IMG/VR virus record: IMGVR_UViG_3300035676_000021
Coordinates: 1 to 41,344 of that record
Length of the DNA stretch: 41,344 nt
Reading direction: 5' to 3' (one strand)
DNA from: a virus
Lineage: Duplodnaviria > Caudoviricetes
In this document: positions 10,276-21,600 of the stretch, piece by piece
Numbering within the stretch: position 1 is the stretch's first letter
Layout of the letters: each line of letters starts with the position of its first letter
Notes under the pieces: model-generated
What the model saw: the letters and a program-made list of their open reading frames with translations, nothing else
Databases searched by the model: none
What the model was told of the DNA's origin: nothing
Position numbers and translations under genes: made by a program

Positions 10276-10929
10276 TTATTTAAATGATGGACCATGAACC
10301 CAACCAACTAAAGTATGTCTATTTCCTCTAGTAACTTCAGTAACCTCATGCAACATGAATGATGGGAAAAATACTGCCAATCCTTTTTGTTTTGGTATTG
10401 TAACTGGATTATGTGAGTAATGTATCTTTAAGTCTCCCCCATCATATTCAGAAGGATCTGAAAGTTGAACAACAAAACTTAATTTTCTATTGTGTGGTTT
10501 GTTCCAAACAAGAGAATCTAAATGTTGTGTGTAAAATCCAGAGTCTTCTTCTTTATAAAATGTGAATTGAAGACTTTCCATCATAGTCAAGTCGTACTTA
10601 AAGAATTCATCATTTACTTGATTAACAACATCAGTCAAATATCTATAGATCCATTCAGTCACTTCATTTGGTAGAATCCAAGAAACTTTAGATCTTCTAA
10701 TAGATTCAATTAATACATTATTTCCAACTGAAGCATTTTCCTGTGCAAATCTTTTCCCAATTGTCAAAATTCTCAATATTTCATCAGGTGAAAATATATC
10801 ATCCTTTAGGATGTAGTTTTGATTTGGATGTGATTTTAAAAACCAATATTTCCCCCAAGAATTTTTTATGGGGTCATTTTCTACAATATCATTAAATGAA
10901 TCTTTATACTCCAAATAATCAGAAATCAT
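10276..10929 (-). CDS. PKHD/prolyl-4-hydroxylase-type 2OG-Fe(II) dioxygenase
   Basis: HLD, RKLS, YDGGDL and FPSFMLHEVTEVTRGNR..LVGW motifs. Confidence 0.9.
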   Translation of the reverse strand: MISDYLEYKDSFNDIVENDPIKNSWGKYWFLKSHPNQNYILKDDIFSPDEILRILTIGKRFAQENASVGNNVLIESIRRSKVSWILPNEVTEWIYRYLTDVVNQVNDEFFKYDLTMMESLQFTFYKEEDSGFYTQHLDSLVWNKPHNRKLSFVVQLSDPSEYDGGDLKIHYSHNPVTIPKQKGLAVFFPSFMLHEVTEVTRGNRHTLVGWVHGPSFK

Positions 10930-11476
10930 AATTAATATTTAAAAAATCACAAATGGTTTCACATGAGTCAATTTCATCAAAAATTTCCATTTCCTTATCA
11001 TAAAGAGATTGAATATATTCTTCTATTATATCTGATAATTCTATAATTTGCAAAGAAGTAAATGTGAAATATGACCCAAAACATTTAAAATTAAATGTTA
11101 AACTTTCATCCTTTAGTGCTTGTATTTTTTTAACCAAAATAGAATATCTTGTATTGTCATCAACTGGAATTTTTACATCATTAAAAGTCACAAATTCATT
11201 CTTTTTATCTGATTTTAAATTAGAAACCAGATATTTTAATTGCAACTTATTCAAGTTTAAATTTTCTTTACTTGAAGAATATTTTTTCAAATCCTCTGAA
11301 GTAATTTTTATAAAACCCAATCCATCATTTCCAGTCCAAGATAAATCACTTAATTGTTCATCTGTAAAATTTGATAACCCAGAAATGTTATTCCAATACT
11401 CTGGCAATTTTTCAATTTTGCCAATAGTTATTTTTTGTGTCCTATCTACTAACACATAAAAATCATTGATGTTCAT
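10919..11476 (-). CDS. DUF4376-like fibre assembly/chaperone protein
   Basis: C-terminal F.FKC...YFTFT..QI.ELSD.IEEYIQSLYDKE..I..EID pattern. Confidence 0.6.
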   Translation of the reverse strand: MNINDFYVLVDRTQKITIGKIEKLPEYWNNISGLSNFTDEQLSDLSWTGNDGLGFIKITSEDLKKYSSSKENLNLNKLQLKYLVSNLKSDKKNEFVTFNDVKIPVDDNTRYSILVKKIQALKDESLTFNFKCFGSYFTFTSLQIIELSDIIEEYIQSLYDKEMEIFDEIDSCETICDFLNINYDF

Positions 11477-11891
11477 TAGTTTGATCCCCTACAGATTCTA
11501 TTGCTTTGATATTTTTTGCTTTTGCTGCTTCCAATTTTTCTTTTTGTTCTTCTGGAAGTTGCCAAGGTGCAGTACCAATCCAAAAGGAAGAATTTGGTAA
11601 AGATGTATCCCAAGATCTCCAAGTTGAAAAATCTTGTTTAGGTCTCATTGCAACTTCAATTCCAGAGGCAGCAGCAATTTGTTGAATGATTTCCACAGCT
11701 TCTACTGGTTGCAAAAGATACCAGAGATGTCCATAATCTCCCCTCATTCCAACTTCAATTATTCCTCCAGTAGTAGTTCCAATTGTAAATGATCTTGCTC
11801 TATATTTATTAGATTCTAAATTGGCAAGTTCATTTTCTTCATAAAGTTGATTTATTTTTTGTCTTGTTTTTGATAATTTCTTTTGTGTCAT
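11463..11891 (-). CDS. Hypothetical protein (142 aa)
   Basis: ORF track; overlaps the next gene; globular composition. Confidence 0.75.
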   Translation of the reverse strand: MTQKKLSKTRQKINQLYEENELANLESNKYRARSFTIGTTTGGIIEVGMRGDYGHLWYLLQPVEAVEIIQQIAAASGIEVAMRPKQDFSTWRSWDTSLPNSSFWIGTAPWQLPEEQKEKLEAAKAKNIKAIESVGDQTNEHQ

Positions 11892-11917
11892 AATTTAATT
11901 CACACAATTATTTTTAT

Positions 11918-12946
11918 TTATTGTGCATTCCAAGATACAGTGACAAATCCACCTGGGGGAACTGTAATTGAATATGAAGTACTTGGTGTAACAACAACTG
12001 AAGTTGCAGTATTTGTATTTGCAGCACCTCCAGCACCTCCTGCTACAGCATTACCTGGAATCCCTGCAGCTCCTGCAGATCCTGCTCCACCAAAACTTAA
12101 CCATCCTCCACCACCTCCACCACCTCCTCCTGCTTTAAAGGGAGCACCTATGGAACTGTTTCCTCCAGCACCTCCCTGAGCAGCTCCATTTCCACCAGCA
12201 CCCCCAGCATTTCCAGCATTGCTTACTCCTGGACCAAGAGGCCATTGGGCAGGTAAAGTTGGATTTCCAGCAGCTCCACCAGAACCTCTTGTTGCATTTG
12301 CAGCGGTTCCAGCTCTTCCTCCATTTCCACCACCACCTCCATTTCCAAATCCCCCTGCATTTCCTACTGTACCAGCACCCCCAGGATTTCCAGCATTTCC
12401 TATTCCTCCAGCACCTCCAGCACCTCCAGGAAAAGTAATCCCCAAGGCAAAAGATGCGCTTCCAGGAGATCCTGAAGATCCTACATTTCCAGGATTTCCT
12501 GCAGTTGGATTTGCATAACGAGTTCCAGCAGTTCCTGATACACCTGCTGCTCCTGCTCCACCATTACCACCTGGATTAGCTTGAGCTGCATTTACATTAC
12601 CCCCAGCACCTCCTTTTCCAGCAGTGGCTTGTGGATTTTTTCCTCCAGCAGATCCTGCATTTGCAGAAGCTCCAGCTTGTCCTACTCTCAAATATCCTGC
12701 TCCACCACCCCCACCACCACCATCAGTTCCAGGATTTCCAGGATTTCCACCTCCACCAGCTCCACCATTACCACCATTACCTACACCTCCAGGACTGCCA
12801 GGAGTTCCCCTACCAGATACACTCACAAGACTTAATCTAGTTGGAGTTGTCCAAATAGCTGGTGCATTAAATGTAATAGTTCCTCCAGGATATGCTGCAT
12901 CTGTTGGAGGTGTTTGTCCTGTTAAGGTCTTTCTTGGAATGTGCAT
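11918..12946 (-). CDS. Glycine-rich (polyglycine-II-type) adhesin-like protein
   Basis: Runs of GGAGG, GNPG, GGNGG and G8-9, flanked by short beta segments. Confidence 0.8.
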   Translation of the reverse strand: MHIPRKTLTGQTPPTDAAYPGGTITFNAPAIWTTPTRLSLVSVSGRGTPGSPGGVGNGGNGGAGGGGNPGNPGTDGGGGGGGAGYLRVGQAGASANAGSAGGKNPQATAGKGGAGGNVNAAQANPGGNGGAGAAGVSGTAGTRYANPTAGNPGNVGSSGSPGSASFALGITFPGGAGGAGGIGNAGNPGGAGTVGNAGGFGNGGGGGNGGRAGTAANATRGSGGAAGNPTLPAQWPLGPGVSNAGNAGGAGGNGAAQGGAGGNSSIGAPFKAGGGGGGGGGWLSFGGAGSAGAAGIPGNAVAGGAGGAANTNTATSVVVTPSTSYSITVPPGGFVTVSWNAQ

Positions 12947-12952
12947 TGTATT

Positions 12953-13543
12953 TTATTCTAGGTAAAACCAACCAGTTATTATATATTTTGGAATATTTCC
13001 ATGAACAACATTTCCTCTGTGAGTGTGAGTAAATGCTGCAGGCCATAATATAGCAGTATTTTCTTTAGGGGGTATGCGAAGTTTCTGGTATAAAAATTCA
13101 GTTTCTCCAGCTTCATCTATATCATTCAAATATATGGAATAAACTAAACATCTATTTGCAGAATTTTCATTTCCCTGTTCACTGTGCCAAACATGATATC
13201 CACCTCCAGGAGATGTTTTTTGCATCTTAACTGAAGTGCATTTCAAATCCACATCCTTTAAAATATCATATTCTTCTGTATATTGATCAAAACAATTTTG
13301 AAGACCAGTCATAAAAATGTCCATTGATCTAACATCATTAAAACAACTAAGTTCATGATTTCTTAAATTTAGAAAATAAAAGTTATCGTGTTTTTTAGTT
13401 TTTGAAATTCCTTCAGAATCTTGCCTATTTCCACAGGATCCATTATTTAAATATCTTTCAAATTCTGATATCAAATGATTGCAAAATCCATCTGGAAATA
13501 CATTTTCATACATCCCTATAAAATCTAAATATCTAGCACTCAT
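12953..13543 (-). CDS. 2OG-Fe(II) dioxygenase (prolyl-hydroxylase-like)
   Basis: GYHVWHSE (H-x-E), YLND, GETEF and WPAAFTHTHRGN...KYIITGW motifs. Confidence 0.9.
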   Translation of the reverse strand: MSARYLDFIGMYENVFPDGFCNHLISEFERYLNNGSCGNRQDSEGISKTKKHDNFYFLNLRNHELSCFNDVRSMDIFMTGLQNCFDQYTEEYDILKDVDLKCTSVKMQKTSPGGGYHVWHSEQGNENSANRCLVYSIYLNDIDEAGETEFLYQKLRIPPKENTAILWPAAFTHTHRGNVVHGNIPKYIITGWFYLE

Positions 13544-13572
13544 AATTTAATATTACAAAAATGTTTTTATAA

Positions 13573-16500
13573 TTATGTATAATTGTAGAAGCACAACATT
13601 CCATACCAAGTTGCACCATTATCAGTACTAAAGAATGTATAAAGGTCTGCACGACTTGCAGTAAGTGTTCTTGGGGGAACAGTTCCTCCAGGCCATCTTA
13701 CTGATGCTGGCCAAACAATTGATCTTCCTGCAACTGCATCATTTCTTAGTAATAAGGTAAATGCCACAGTAGTAGATGTTTCTGCTCCTGTTGTAAATGT
13801 AAAGGTACAATTAGCATCCAATGTTGCAGTAACAAATACTCCATTTCTAACATCAATAGTTTTTGATGCTCCAGTATTTCCAATAACATTAGTGACATCA
13901 ATTGAATATTTTGTTTTGAATGGAGATGAAACATCAATTAGATTTTCATTGAATATTGCAACATTGGAATGAGTGGTCCCATTGAATTTTTGAACATAGA
14001 ATGATGAACCAGCAACATTTCTCAGTCTGATAGCACTGTTTGTAGTATCAAAATACAATCCTTCATTAACAGCACCAATAGATTGAGAGTATCTATTTAA
14101 AATGAGATCACCACCTAAACCTAAACTTGATAGATTTACAGCTGAAGTGGTATTTCCAAGTTCTAATCCATAAGTTGCTCCAGGTAATCCTGTATTGATG
14201 CTTAAACCAGTTGCATTGAATTGAAGATTTGCACTTCCTGATAAATTATTAACAGAATTTTTGTAAATGATTTGATTTGCCAAACCAGCAGTCAATCCTA
14301 CACCATCAGCACCTTGAGCACCTTGAGGTCCTCTTACACCTTGAGGTCCTTGGAATCCTTGTGGTCCAATTCCTTGAGGTCCTTGGAATCCTTGTGGTCC
14401 TCTTACACCTTGAGGTCCTTGTGGTCCTGAAATTCCAATACCTTGTGGTCCTTGGAATCCTTGTGGTCCTCTTGCACCTTGAGCACCTTGTGGTCCTTGA
14501 AGTCCTTGAGCACCTTGTGGTCCTATTGCACCTTGAGCACCTTGAGGTCCTCTTATACCTTGAGGTCCTGGAGCACCTTGAGCACCAGATACTGTACTAT
14601 CTTGTCCAGGAGCACCTTGAGCACCTTGTGGTCCTCTTACACCTTGAGGTCCAGCTATACCTTGTGGACCAGTTCCTTGTGGACCTTGGAATCCTTGTGG
14701 TCCTCTTGCACCTTGAGCACCTTGTGGTCCTTGTGGTCCTACATTACCACCAGAACCTTGAGGTCCTTGGAATCCTTGAGGTCCTTGTGGTCCCCTTAAA
14801 CCTTGAGCACCTTGTGGTCCTTGGAATCCTTGAGGTCCAAAAATTCCTTGTGGACCAGATGCACCTTGAGAACCTTGAGGTCCTCTTACACCTTGAGGTC
14901 CTTGGAATCCTTGAGGTCCTTGGAATCCTTGAGGTCCTTGTGGACCTTGAGCTCCTGGACTTCCACCTGTTCCTTGAGGTCCTTGGAATCCTTGAGCACC
15001 TTGAGGTCCTTGAGGTCCTTGGAATCCTTGAGCACCTTGAGGTCCTTGGAATCCTTGTGGTCCTCTTGGTCCAACAATTACTCCAGCATCAATCCATGGA
15101 CCACTTCCATTACAAACATAAAGTCTTCCTTCACTGGAGACAACATAAGCATCTCCAGCAGATCCTGCATTACATGCAGGTAAATCTCCTTGATTTCCAA
15201 CTGATCCTTTAATTGAAATTGCAGTTCCAGGTTCACCCTGAGCACCCTGAGCACCTTGAGGTCCTTGTGGTCCTCTTGCACCTTGAGCACCCTGTGGTCC
15301 TTGAAGTCCTTGTGCACCTTGAGGTCCTACTACACCTTGAGGTCCTCCTGTTCCCTGAGGTCCTCTTGAACCTTGAGGTCCTATTGATCCTTGGGGTCCT
15401 TGGAATCCTTGGGGTCCTTGAGGTCCTGAGGTTCCAACACCTTGTGGACCTTGGAATCCTTGTGGTCCTCTTGCACCTTGAGCACCTTGTGGTCCACCAG
15501 TACCAATTCCTTGAGGTCCAGTTGCACCCTGAGCACCTGGAGTACCTTGAGAACCCTGAGGTCCTCTTGCACCCTGAGGTCCTTGTGCACCTTGTGCACC
15601 CTGAGGTCCTGTGCCACCAGCTCCTCCACCTGCACCTTGAGCACCCTGTAGCCCTTGAGGTCCTATTGCACCTTGAGCACCTTGAGGTCCTCTTACACCT
15701 TGTGGTCCTGTAGTTCCAACACCTTGTGGACCTTGGAATCCTTGAGCACCTTGAGGTCCAGCTAATCCCTGTGATCCTTGAGGTCCTCTTGCACCTTGAG
15801 CACCTTGAGGTCCTTGGAATCCTTGAGGTCCTTGTGGTCCTTGGAATCCTTGAGGTCCTTGTGGTCCTTGGAATCCTTGAGGTCCTCCTATACCCTGAGG
15901 TCCTGTTACACCTTGAGCACCTTGTGGTCCTATAGATCCTTGAGGTCCTTGTGCACCTAGAATTCCAGGTGCACCTTGAGCACCTTGAGGTCCTTGAGGT
16001 CCTCTTGCACCTTGAGGTCCTTGAGCACCTTGAGTACCTTGTGGTCCTTGAAGTCCTTGAGCACCTTGTGGTCCTTGGGCACCTTGAGGACCTATTGCAC
16101 CTTGAGGTCCTAATTTACCCTGAAATCCTTGAGCACCAAGAGCTCCTGGATTTCCTGGATTTCCTTGTGGTCCTTGGAATCCCTGTGGTCCTTGGAATCC
16201 TTGAGCACCTTGAGGTCCAATATCACCTTGAGCACCTTGAGGTCCAATATCACCTTGAGCACCTTGAGGGCCTTGAGGTCCTATATCACCTTGAGCACCT
16301 TGTGGTCCTTGTGGACCTTGGAATCCTTGAGGTCCTATATCACCTTGAGCACCTTGTGGTCCTATATCACCTTGAGAACCTTGTGGTCCTTGGAATCCTT
16401 GAGGTCCTTGTGGTCCTATAGAACCTGCAGAACCTTGTGCTCCACCACTTCCACCAGAACCTTGTGGTCCTTGAAGTCCTTGGAATCCTTGAGCACCTTG

Positions 16501-18264
16501 AGGTCCAATATCACCTTGAGCACCTTGAGGTCCCTGTGGTCCTATTCCACCCTGTGGACCTTGGAATCCTTGAGGTCCCTGTGGACCTTGAGGTCCTATT
16601 CTTCCTTGAGCACCTTGTGGTCCTTGAGCACCTTGTGGTCCTTGTGGTCCTTGGAATCCTTGAGCACCTTGTGGTCCTATATCACCTTGAACACCTTGTG
16701 GTCCTTGGAATCCTTGAGGTCCTTGAGGCCCTATATCACCTTGAGCACCTTCATCTCCAGTAAGTCCTTGACTTCCAGTTGGACCTTTAATTTGTCCAAC
16801 ATTAACCCATAATGATCCATCATAAACCCAAAGATCTCCTAATGTCTGATCAATGACACCATTTCCAGATACTGCAGATGGGAAATAGTAATTTAACAAT
16901 CCTTGAGGGTTATTAGGTCCTCCTCCAGGATAAGTTCCATTTACATCAGATACAGATCCTAAAATAACTACTGATGTTCCTGGATTACCCTGAGCACCTT
17001 GAGGTCCTATTCTTCCTTGTGGTCCCTGTGGACCTCTTGGACCTTGAGGTCCTATTCTTCCTTGTGGTCCTTGGAATCCTTGATTTCCTTGAGGTCCACC
17101 AATTCCAATACCTTGAGGTCCTTGGAATCCTTGAGCACCTTGAGCACCTTGCTCTCCCTGTTCTCCTTGGAATCCTTGAGCACCTTGAGCACCTTGAGCA
17201 CCTTGAGGTCCTTGTGGTCCTTGAAGTCCTTGAGCACCTTGTGGACCCAAACTTCCTTGAGCACCTTGAGGTCCTACAAATCCTTGTGGTCCTTGGAATC
17301 CTTGATTTCCTTGAGCACCACCAACACCTATACCTGGAGCGCCCTGAGCACCTTGATTACCTTGGGCACCTTGAGGTCCTATAGATCCTTGTGGACCTCT
17401 TGCACCTTGAGGTCCCTGTGGTCCTTGGAATCCTTGAGCACCTTGAGCACCTTGTGGTCCTTGAGGTCCTAGTCCCTGAGGTCCTCTTACACCTTGAGCA
17501 CCTTGAGGTCCTATTCTTCCTTGTGGTCCTTGGAATCCTTGAGGTCCCTGTGGTCCTTGGAATCCTTGAGGTCCCTGTGGTCCTATAGGACCTACTGCAC
17601 CTTGAGGTCCTAAAGGTCCAGTAGCATATGCCCAAGTAAATCCTAATCCAGGTCCAAGAGATGTTAAAACTTGATAATTTTCGCCAAATAAACCTTCTCT
17701 ATTTAAAATATCTCCAGTAAGTCTAACTGAATTAGTATTAATATCTACTGGATATGATGGTTGAGTATTTCCTATTCCAAGATATCCACTACTTGGAGTG
17801 TATACTAAAGTAGAAGGAGCAATTTCAAATTTTTCAAAAATTTCTCCAGATCTTTCACTAGTAAATCCAATATATCTTGGAGCTGAATCAGTTGGCTCTT
17901 CTATTGGAATATCTAAAACAGTAATAGTAGCAATACCAAGTCCAGGAGATACTTCTCCTGTTGCTACTACTCTTCTTCCTATAAAGTTTAATTTTGTAAT
18001 AGATCCAGCAACTCCTACAAGATTGCCTTCATCAAAAACAGTAATACCTAACTCTAAAACTCCTGGGGGAACTGGAGTCCAATATCTTACGGCATCACCA
18101 CCAATACCAATGAGCATGTATTGTGCACCAATTGGAATTGTTGGTGCATTATTAGGATCACCCAAACTAGGCTCAGCTTGATTCAATCCTAAGAATTGAT
18201 ATCTATCTGGAGTTACCCTTGAAAGTGGCGTATTAGAAACTCTTCTACTTAAATACTTAGCCAT
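13573..18264 (-). CDS. Giant collagen-like tail fibre (1563 aa) with C-terminal globular domain
   Basis: ~1000 residues of Gly-X-Gln with two globular inserts; C-terminal [10 protein letters not shown]...DLYTFFS.DNG.TWYG domain. Confidence 0.9.
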   Translation of the reverse strand: MAKYLSRRVSNTPLSRVTPDRYQFLGLNQAEPSLGDPNNAPTIPIGAQYMLIGIGGDAVRYWTPVPPGVLELGITVFDEGNLVGVAGSITKLNFIGRRVVATGEVSPGLGIATITVLDIPIEEPTDSAPRYIGFTSERSGEIFEKFEIAPSTLVYTPSSGYLGIGNTQPSYPVDINTNSVRLTGDILNREGLFGENYQVLTSLGPGLGFTWAYATGPLGPQGAVGPIGPQGPQGFQGPQGPQGFQGPQGRIGPQGAQGVRGPQGLGPQGPQGAQGAQGFQGPQGPQGARGPQGSIGPQGAQGNQGAQGAPGIGVGGAQGNQGFQGPQGFVGPQGAQGSLGPQGAQGLQGPQGPQGAQGAQGAQGFQGEQGEQGAQGAQGFQGPQGIGIGGPQGNQGFQGPQGRIGPQGPRGPQGPQGRIGPQGAQGNPGTSVVILGSVSDVNGTYPGGGPNNPQGLLNYYFPSAVSGNGVIDQTLGDLWVYDGSLWVNVGQIKGPTGSQGLTGDEGAQGDIGPQGPQGFQGPQGVQGDIGPQGAQGFQGPQGPQGAQGPQGAQGRIGPQGPQGPQGFQGPQGGIGPQGPQGAQGDIGPQGAQGFQGLQGPQGSGGSGGAQGSAGSIGPQGPQGFQGPQGSQGDIGPQGAQGDIGPQGFQGPQGPQGAQGDIGPQGPQGAQGDIGPQGAQGDIGPQGAQGFQGPQGFQGPQGNPGNPGALGAQGFQGKLGPQGAIGPQGAQGPQGAQGLQGPQGTQGAQGPQGARGPQGPQGAQGAPGILGAQGPQGSIGPQGAQGVTGPQGIGGPQGFQGPQGPQGFQGPQGPQGFQGPQGAQGARGPQGSQGLAGPQGAQGFQGPQGVGTTGPQGVRGPQGAQGAIGPQGLQGAQGAGGGAGGTGPQGAQGAQGPQGARGPQGSQGTPGAQGATGPQGIGTGGPQGAQGARGPQGFQGPQGVGTSGPQGPQGFQGPQGSIGPQGSRGPQGTGGPQGVVGPQGAQGLQGPQGAQGARGPQGPQGAQGAQGEPGTAISIKGSVGNQGDLPACNAGSAGDAYVVSSEGRLYVCNGSGPWIDAGVIVGPRGPQGFQGPQGAQGFQGPQGPQGAQGFQGPQGTGGSPGAQGPQGPQGFQGPQGFQGPQGVRGPQGSQGASGPQGIFGPQGFQGPQGAQGLRGPQGPQGFQGPQGSGGNVGPQGPQGAQGARGPQGFQGPQGTGPQGIAGPQGVRGPQGAQGAPGQDSTVSGAQGAPGPQGIRGPQGAQGAIGPQGAQGLQGPQGAQGARGPQGFQGPQGIGISGPQGPQGVRGPQGFQGPQGIGPQGFQGPQGVRGPQGAQGADGVGLTAGLANQIIYKNSVNNLSGSANLQFNATGLSINTGLPGATYGLELGNTTSAVNLSSLGLGGDLILNRYSQSIGAVNEGLYFDTTNSAIRLRNVAGSSFYVQKFNGTTHSNVAIFNENLIDVSSPFKTKYSIDVTNVIGNTGASKTIDVRNGVFVTATLDANCTFTFTTGAETSTTVAFTLLLRNDAVAGRSIVWPASVRWPGGTVPPRTLTASRADLYTFFSTDNGATWYGMLCFYNYT
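14302..17619 (-). repeat. Collagen Gly-X-Y region (GPQ/GAQ/GFQ)
   Basis: 9-bp units ggacctcaa, ggtgctcaa and ggattccaa; interrupted at ~15064-15220 and ~16786-16977. Confidence 0.9.
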
Positions 18265-18265
18265 A

Positions 18266-18286
18266 ATTGGGTTCCACTATCCCCCT
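18266..18286 (-). promoter_or_regulatory. 21-nt leader motif AGGGGGATAGTGGAACCCAAT (copy 1)
   Basis: Identical to 22740-22760; lies between a late promoter and the start codon. Confidence 0.75.
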
Positions 18287-18295
18287 TAATAAGTA

Positions 18296-18303
18296 TATTT
18301 ATT
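18296..18303 (-). promoter_or_regulatory. Late promoter AATAAATA
   Basis: Late motif overlapping the upstream stop codon. Confidence 0.7.
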
Positions 18304-18685
18304 ACTGATTTAAAGTTTCTAAAATAGAAACAGTGTATTTTAAATGATTTGGAGTTGTTGAGGAAATTCCAACCATTCTAATTCTATCTGTTTTCAATGC
18401 AGTTCTTTCCAAAACAAGTCTTCCATCCAATAAAATTAAAGCATCATTTGGGGGGACTAGTCCTTTGTAAATAAGTTCTGTGGTGGATGTTGAAATTCCT
18501 CCACCACTTAATCTAGTATCTCTTTCATGATAAAAGGTAACAGTTCCTACTCCAGATCCAGTATTTGCTACTTGAGCATACAAAACAACACTAGTATATC
18601 CTGTTTTAGTGGTATAAATGTCAACATTAGAAGTGCTGACTATTCCAGTAATTGTCTTATATTGATTTAAAGGTAATTGTGCCAT
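18302..18685 (-). CDS. Small virion-associated protein, paralog of 3582-3911
   Basis: Shared motifs and SILETLN C-terminus. Confidence 0.8.
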   Translation of the reverse strand: MAQLPLNQYKTITGIVSTSNVDIYTTKTGYTSVVLYAQVANTGSGVGTVTFYHERDTRLSGGGISTSTTELIYKGLVPPNDALILLDGRLVLERTALKTDRIRMVGISSTTPNHLKYTVSILETLNQ

Positions 18686-18691
18686 AATTGA

Positions 18692-21600
18692 TTATGATTG
18701 AAGTGCAATAATTAAAGGAGTAACTTCTGCCTGTAAGCTCTTGCTGAAAGCTTGACCACTAATAGTTCCAGTATTTTGATTAATTGTTATGCCCTCACTA
18801 ATTCTAAAGTTTCCTCCCTGATCAGTACTGGTGAATGGAACTGCTCCACCATTTGTTGCAACAATTTGATTTTCTGTAATTGGAACTGCACCTTTAGAAG
18901 GAATAGCATTAACAATATTTATACCTGTTCCCACATATTCAAAAGTAATACTACTTGCAATAATTTTACTTGACTGGTAGAAGTAAACAGTAGATCCAAC
19001 TCCAATTTGTGGGGCATATGTAATAAATTCATCAAATGTTACTGTGGTTGTTCCTCCAGCAGAAACTTGAGTAGAAGAAGTTGGTCTGAAGAAATATTTT
19101 TCCAAAACAGCATGACCTGTTGCAGCAACTCCTACACCAGGAGGTGGAGAAATTGTCACAGTAGGTGGATTATTAATATCATATCCTGTTCCAGAAACAA
19201 GTATTTCAACTGAACTGATGGTTCCAGCAGCAGATACATTACTCTCAAAAATAGCAGCCTCTGCTGGAATGAAGAAATCTGAATTTGGTGGAAGATCTAT
19301 AATAATTTCAACTGGAATATTTGGATCATATCCAGATCCTGGATTATCTATTTCAATTCTGTTTACAAAATAATATTGAGTATCAATAACTGCAATTTGT
19401 CCATCATAAGGTCTTTGTCCTTTAGGTAAAATTCTTTCTGGAGTTGCAATTGTTCCTATTCCAATAATGCTAGTAATAATACCAGACCTAGATGTAATAA
19501 ATGGATTTGCAAGAGGAGAATATGTCTTACTACCATCTTTGTATTGTGTGAAAGTTCCCACTCCAGTTTGATAACTGACTGGAACATCAAGGTTTTGAAT
19601 AATATATGTTGAAATTCCAGAAATATAATTAATTAAAGATATCTCTCCATCTTTAACATATCCAGTATTAAATCCAACAGGAGGAGGTGATGTCTCTGGT
19701 AGGTATGTTAAGGATCCATCTACTGAATCTCTATATGCTAATCCAGATTCAATAGAATTAATATTTGATAAATTCAATAAATCTGATGCAAGTGCTTCAA
19801 CAATAATTTTAGAATCTCTTCTACAAATATCTCTTCCTATAGGAGATCCACCATAATCAAAGTATGATCCAAATCCAGCATAAGGTCCATCAGTACTTGT
19901 AATAAATCCTACTGCCTCAGAAGCAATGAAATCTTTGTTACTTCTGAGTAACGATGCTGCATCAATAAATTCACTAGATGCTCCCATTCCAACATTAATT
20001 ACTAATGAGTCAACATTATCTCCAGTTGGAGCAGAAACAACTTCTCCAGTATATTGTAATGGTGTAGCACCATTAGAAACTAGTGCAAAATTTCCAAAAC
20101 TACAGTTGCTATTGTTAAGATCACAAACTCCACCACTATCACAATAAACTGCAGTGTCACAGCAGATGGTGAATAGTGAAACTAACTGAGCATATCCAAA
20201 GTTGGTAATTGAAACTCCAATACCACCCTGATTATATTGAGTATATGCATCAAGAACCATGGATTTGAATCCACCTGCTCTATTGCCATCAATCCTCATT
20301 CCAATACTATCTGGAACAAAGTTTGTGCAGTTCTGAACATATGGTGATTGCCAATTTTGTTCTGTGCCATCTGCATAACCATATCCTTGAGTTGGGAATG
20401 AAACCATTGCCCTTCCAGGATTGCTTGGTCCAATGAAAGATTGCTGGGAAATGTAGCAACCTCTCTTCACATAATAGAGATCAGTTTTATCCTTTGTTGT
20501 AACAAGAGTTCTTCTTAGGTCTTCTCCAACAACTGCAACTCTTTCATTGAGTTTAATAGGACCATCTTCTACATAAAGTCCAGCATAAACTTTAATAGTA
20601 TCTCCAGGTTGAGCAATAGAAGCTGCTTTTTTGATAGTTAAAAATGCATCTCCAGGACCAGTTCCACCATTGGAGTCACTACCTAACTTGTTTACAAACC
20701 ATTCATTACCAATTCTTGGCCCAGGTGGTTGCCATACTAACTGTCCAGAAGGATAGTTAATTTGTGGAGCAGCCTGTGTTCCAATTCCAATTATGCTGGT
20801 GATTATTCCAACACAAGAATAAATTGCAGAAACTACATTAGCACATCCATTTGGATTAGTATTAGAATCTCCATCTGGAGCAATTTCTGTGTCTATTAAT
20901 TGTGTAATTGTAGACAATCCAGATTGATGACTTACTGGAATTGGAGAATTATTAACAACATACCTTGAAAGGAATGCAATACTACTAATTCCAGCAATAG
21001 TTGCAGTTTCTACATATCCATTACCAAGCAATAATGCAGTTGATGGGTGATCATTTAGATATTGTAAGTTATTATTACCATCTCTATAAGAAATTCCAGC
21101 ACCTACTGATCCAGAATTTCCACCTCTTGAAATATCAAATGCTATAGCGTCAATGATTAATTTAATATCTCTTTTACATTTTGCTCTTCCTGTAGATACT
21201 CCTACAGTTCCATAATCAAATATAGTACTTAAGTCATTACCACCAACATTTCCAAAAGGACCATCAGTTGCAGTAATAAATCCTACAACTTCTTCTGCAA
21301 TGAAATCTTTGTTTCTAATTAGGAGATTAGCTGCATCAATAAATCTTCCACTAATTCCAGGTGCTGCAGATGCAAGTACTGAATAAGCAAATCCTACATT
21401 ATTTCTAGAATCAATTACTTCTCCTCTTACTCTCAGATCTCCAGCAACATCTAATGTTCTTGTTGGTACTGTGGTATTAATTCCAACAATTGGATGAATA
21501 TTTTTAACATGTTCTCCAATCAAAGAAGAAACTGAAGTAATTCCAAGACTTGCAACCTTAACTAAAGTTGCCCCAATTCCAACATCAAGAAGTGCAGTTG

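Noticed and set aside
11883-12965. Pro-rich plus-strand ORFs
   Set aside because: Antisense of Gly codons in the Gly-rich gene.
14277-17635. Many overlapping ORFs in other frames
   Set aside because: Same collagen shadow effect; they begin and end with the repeat blocks.
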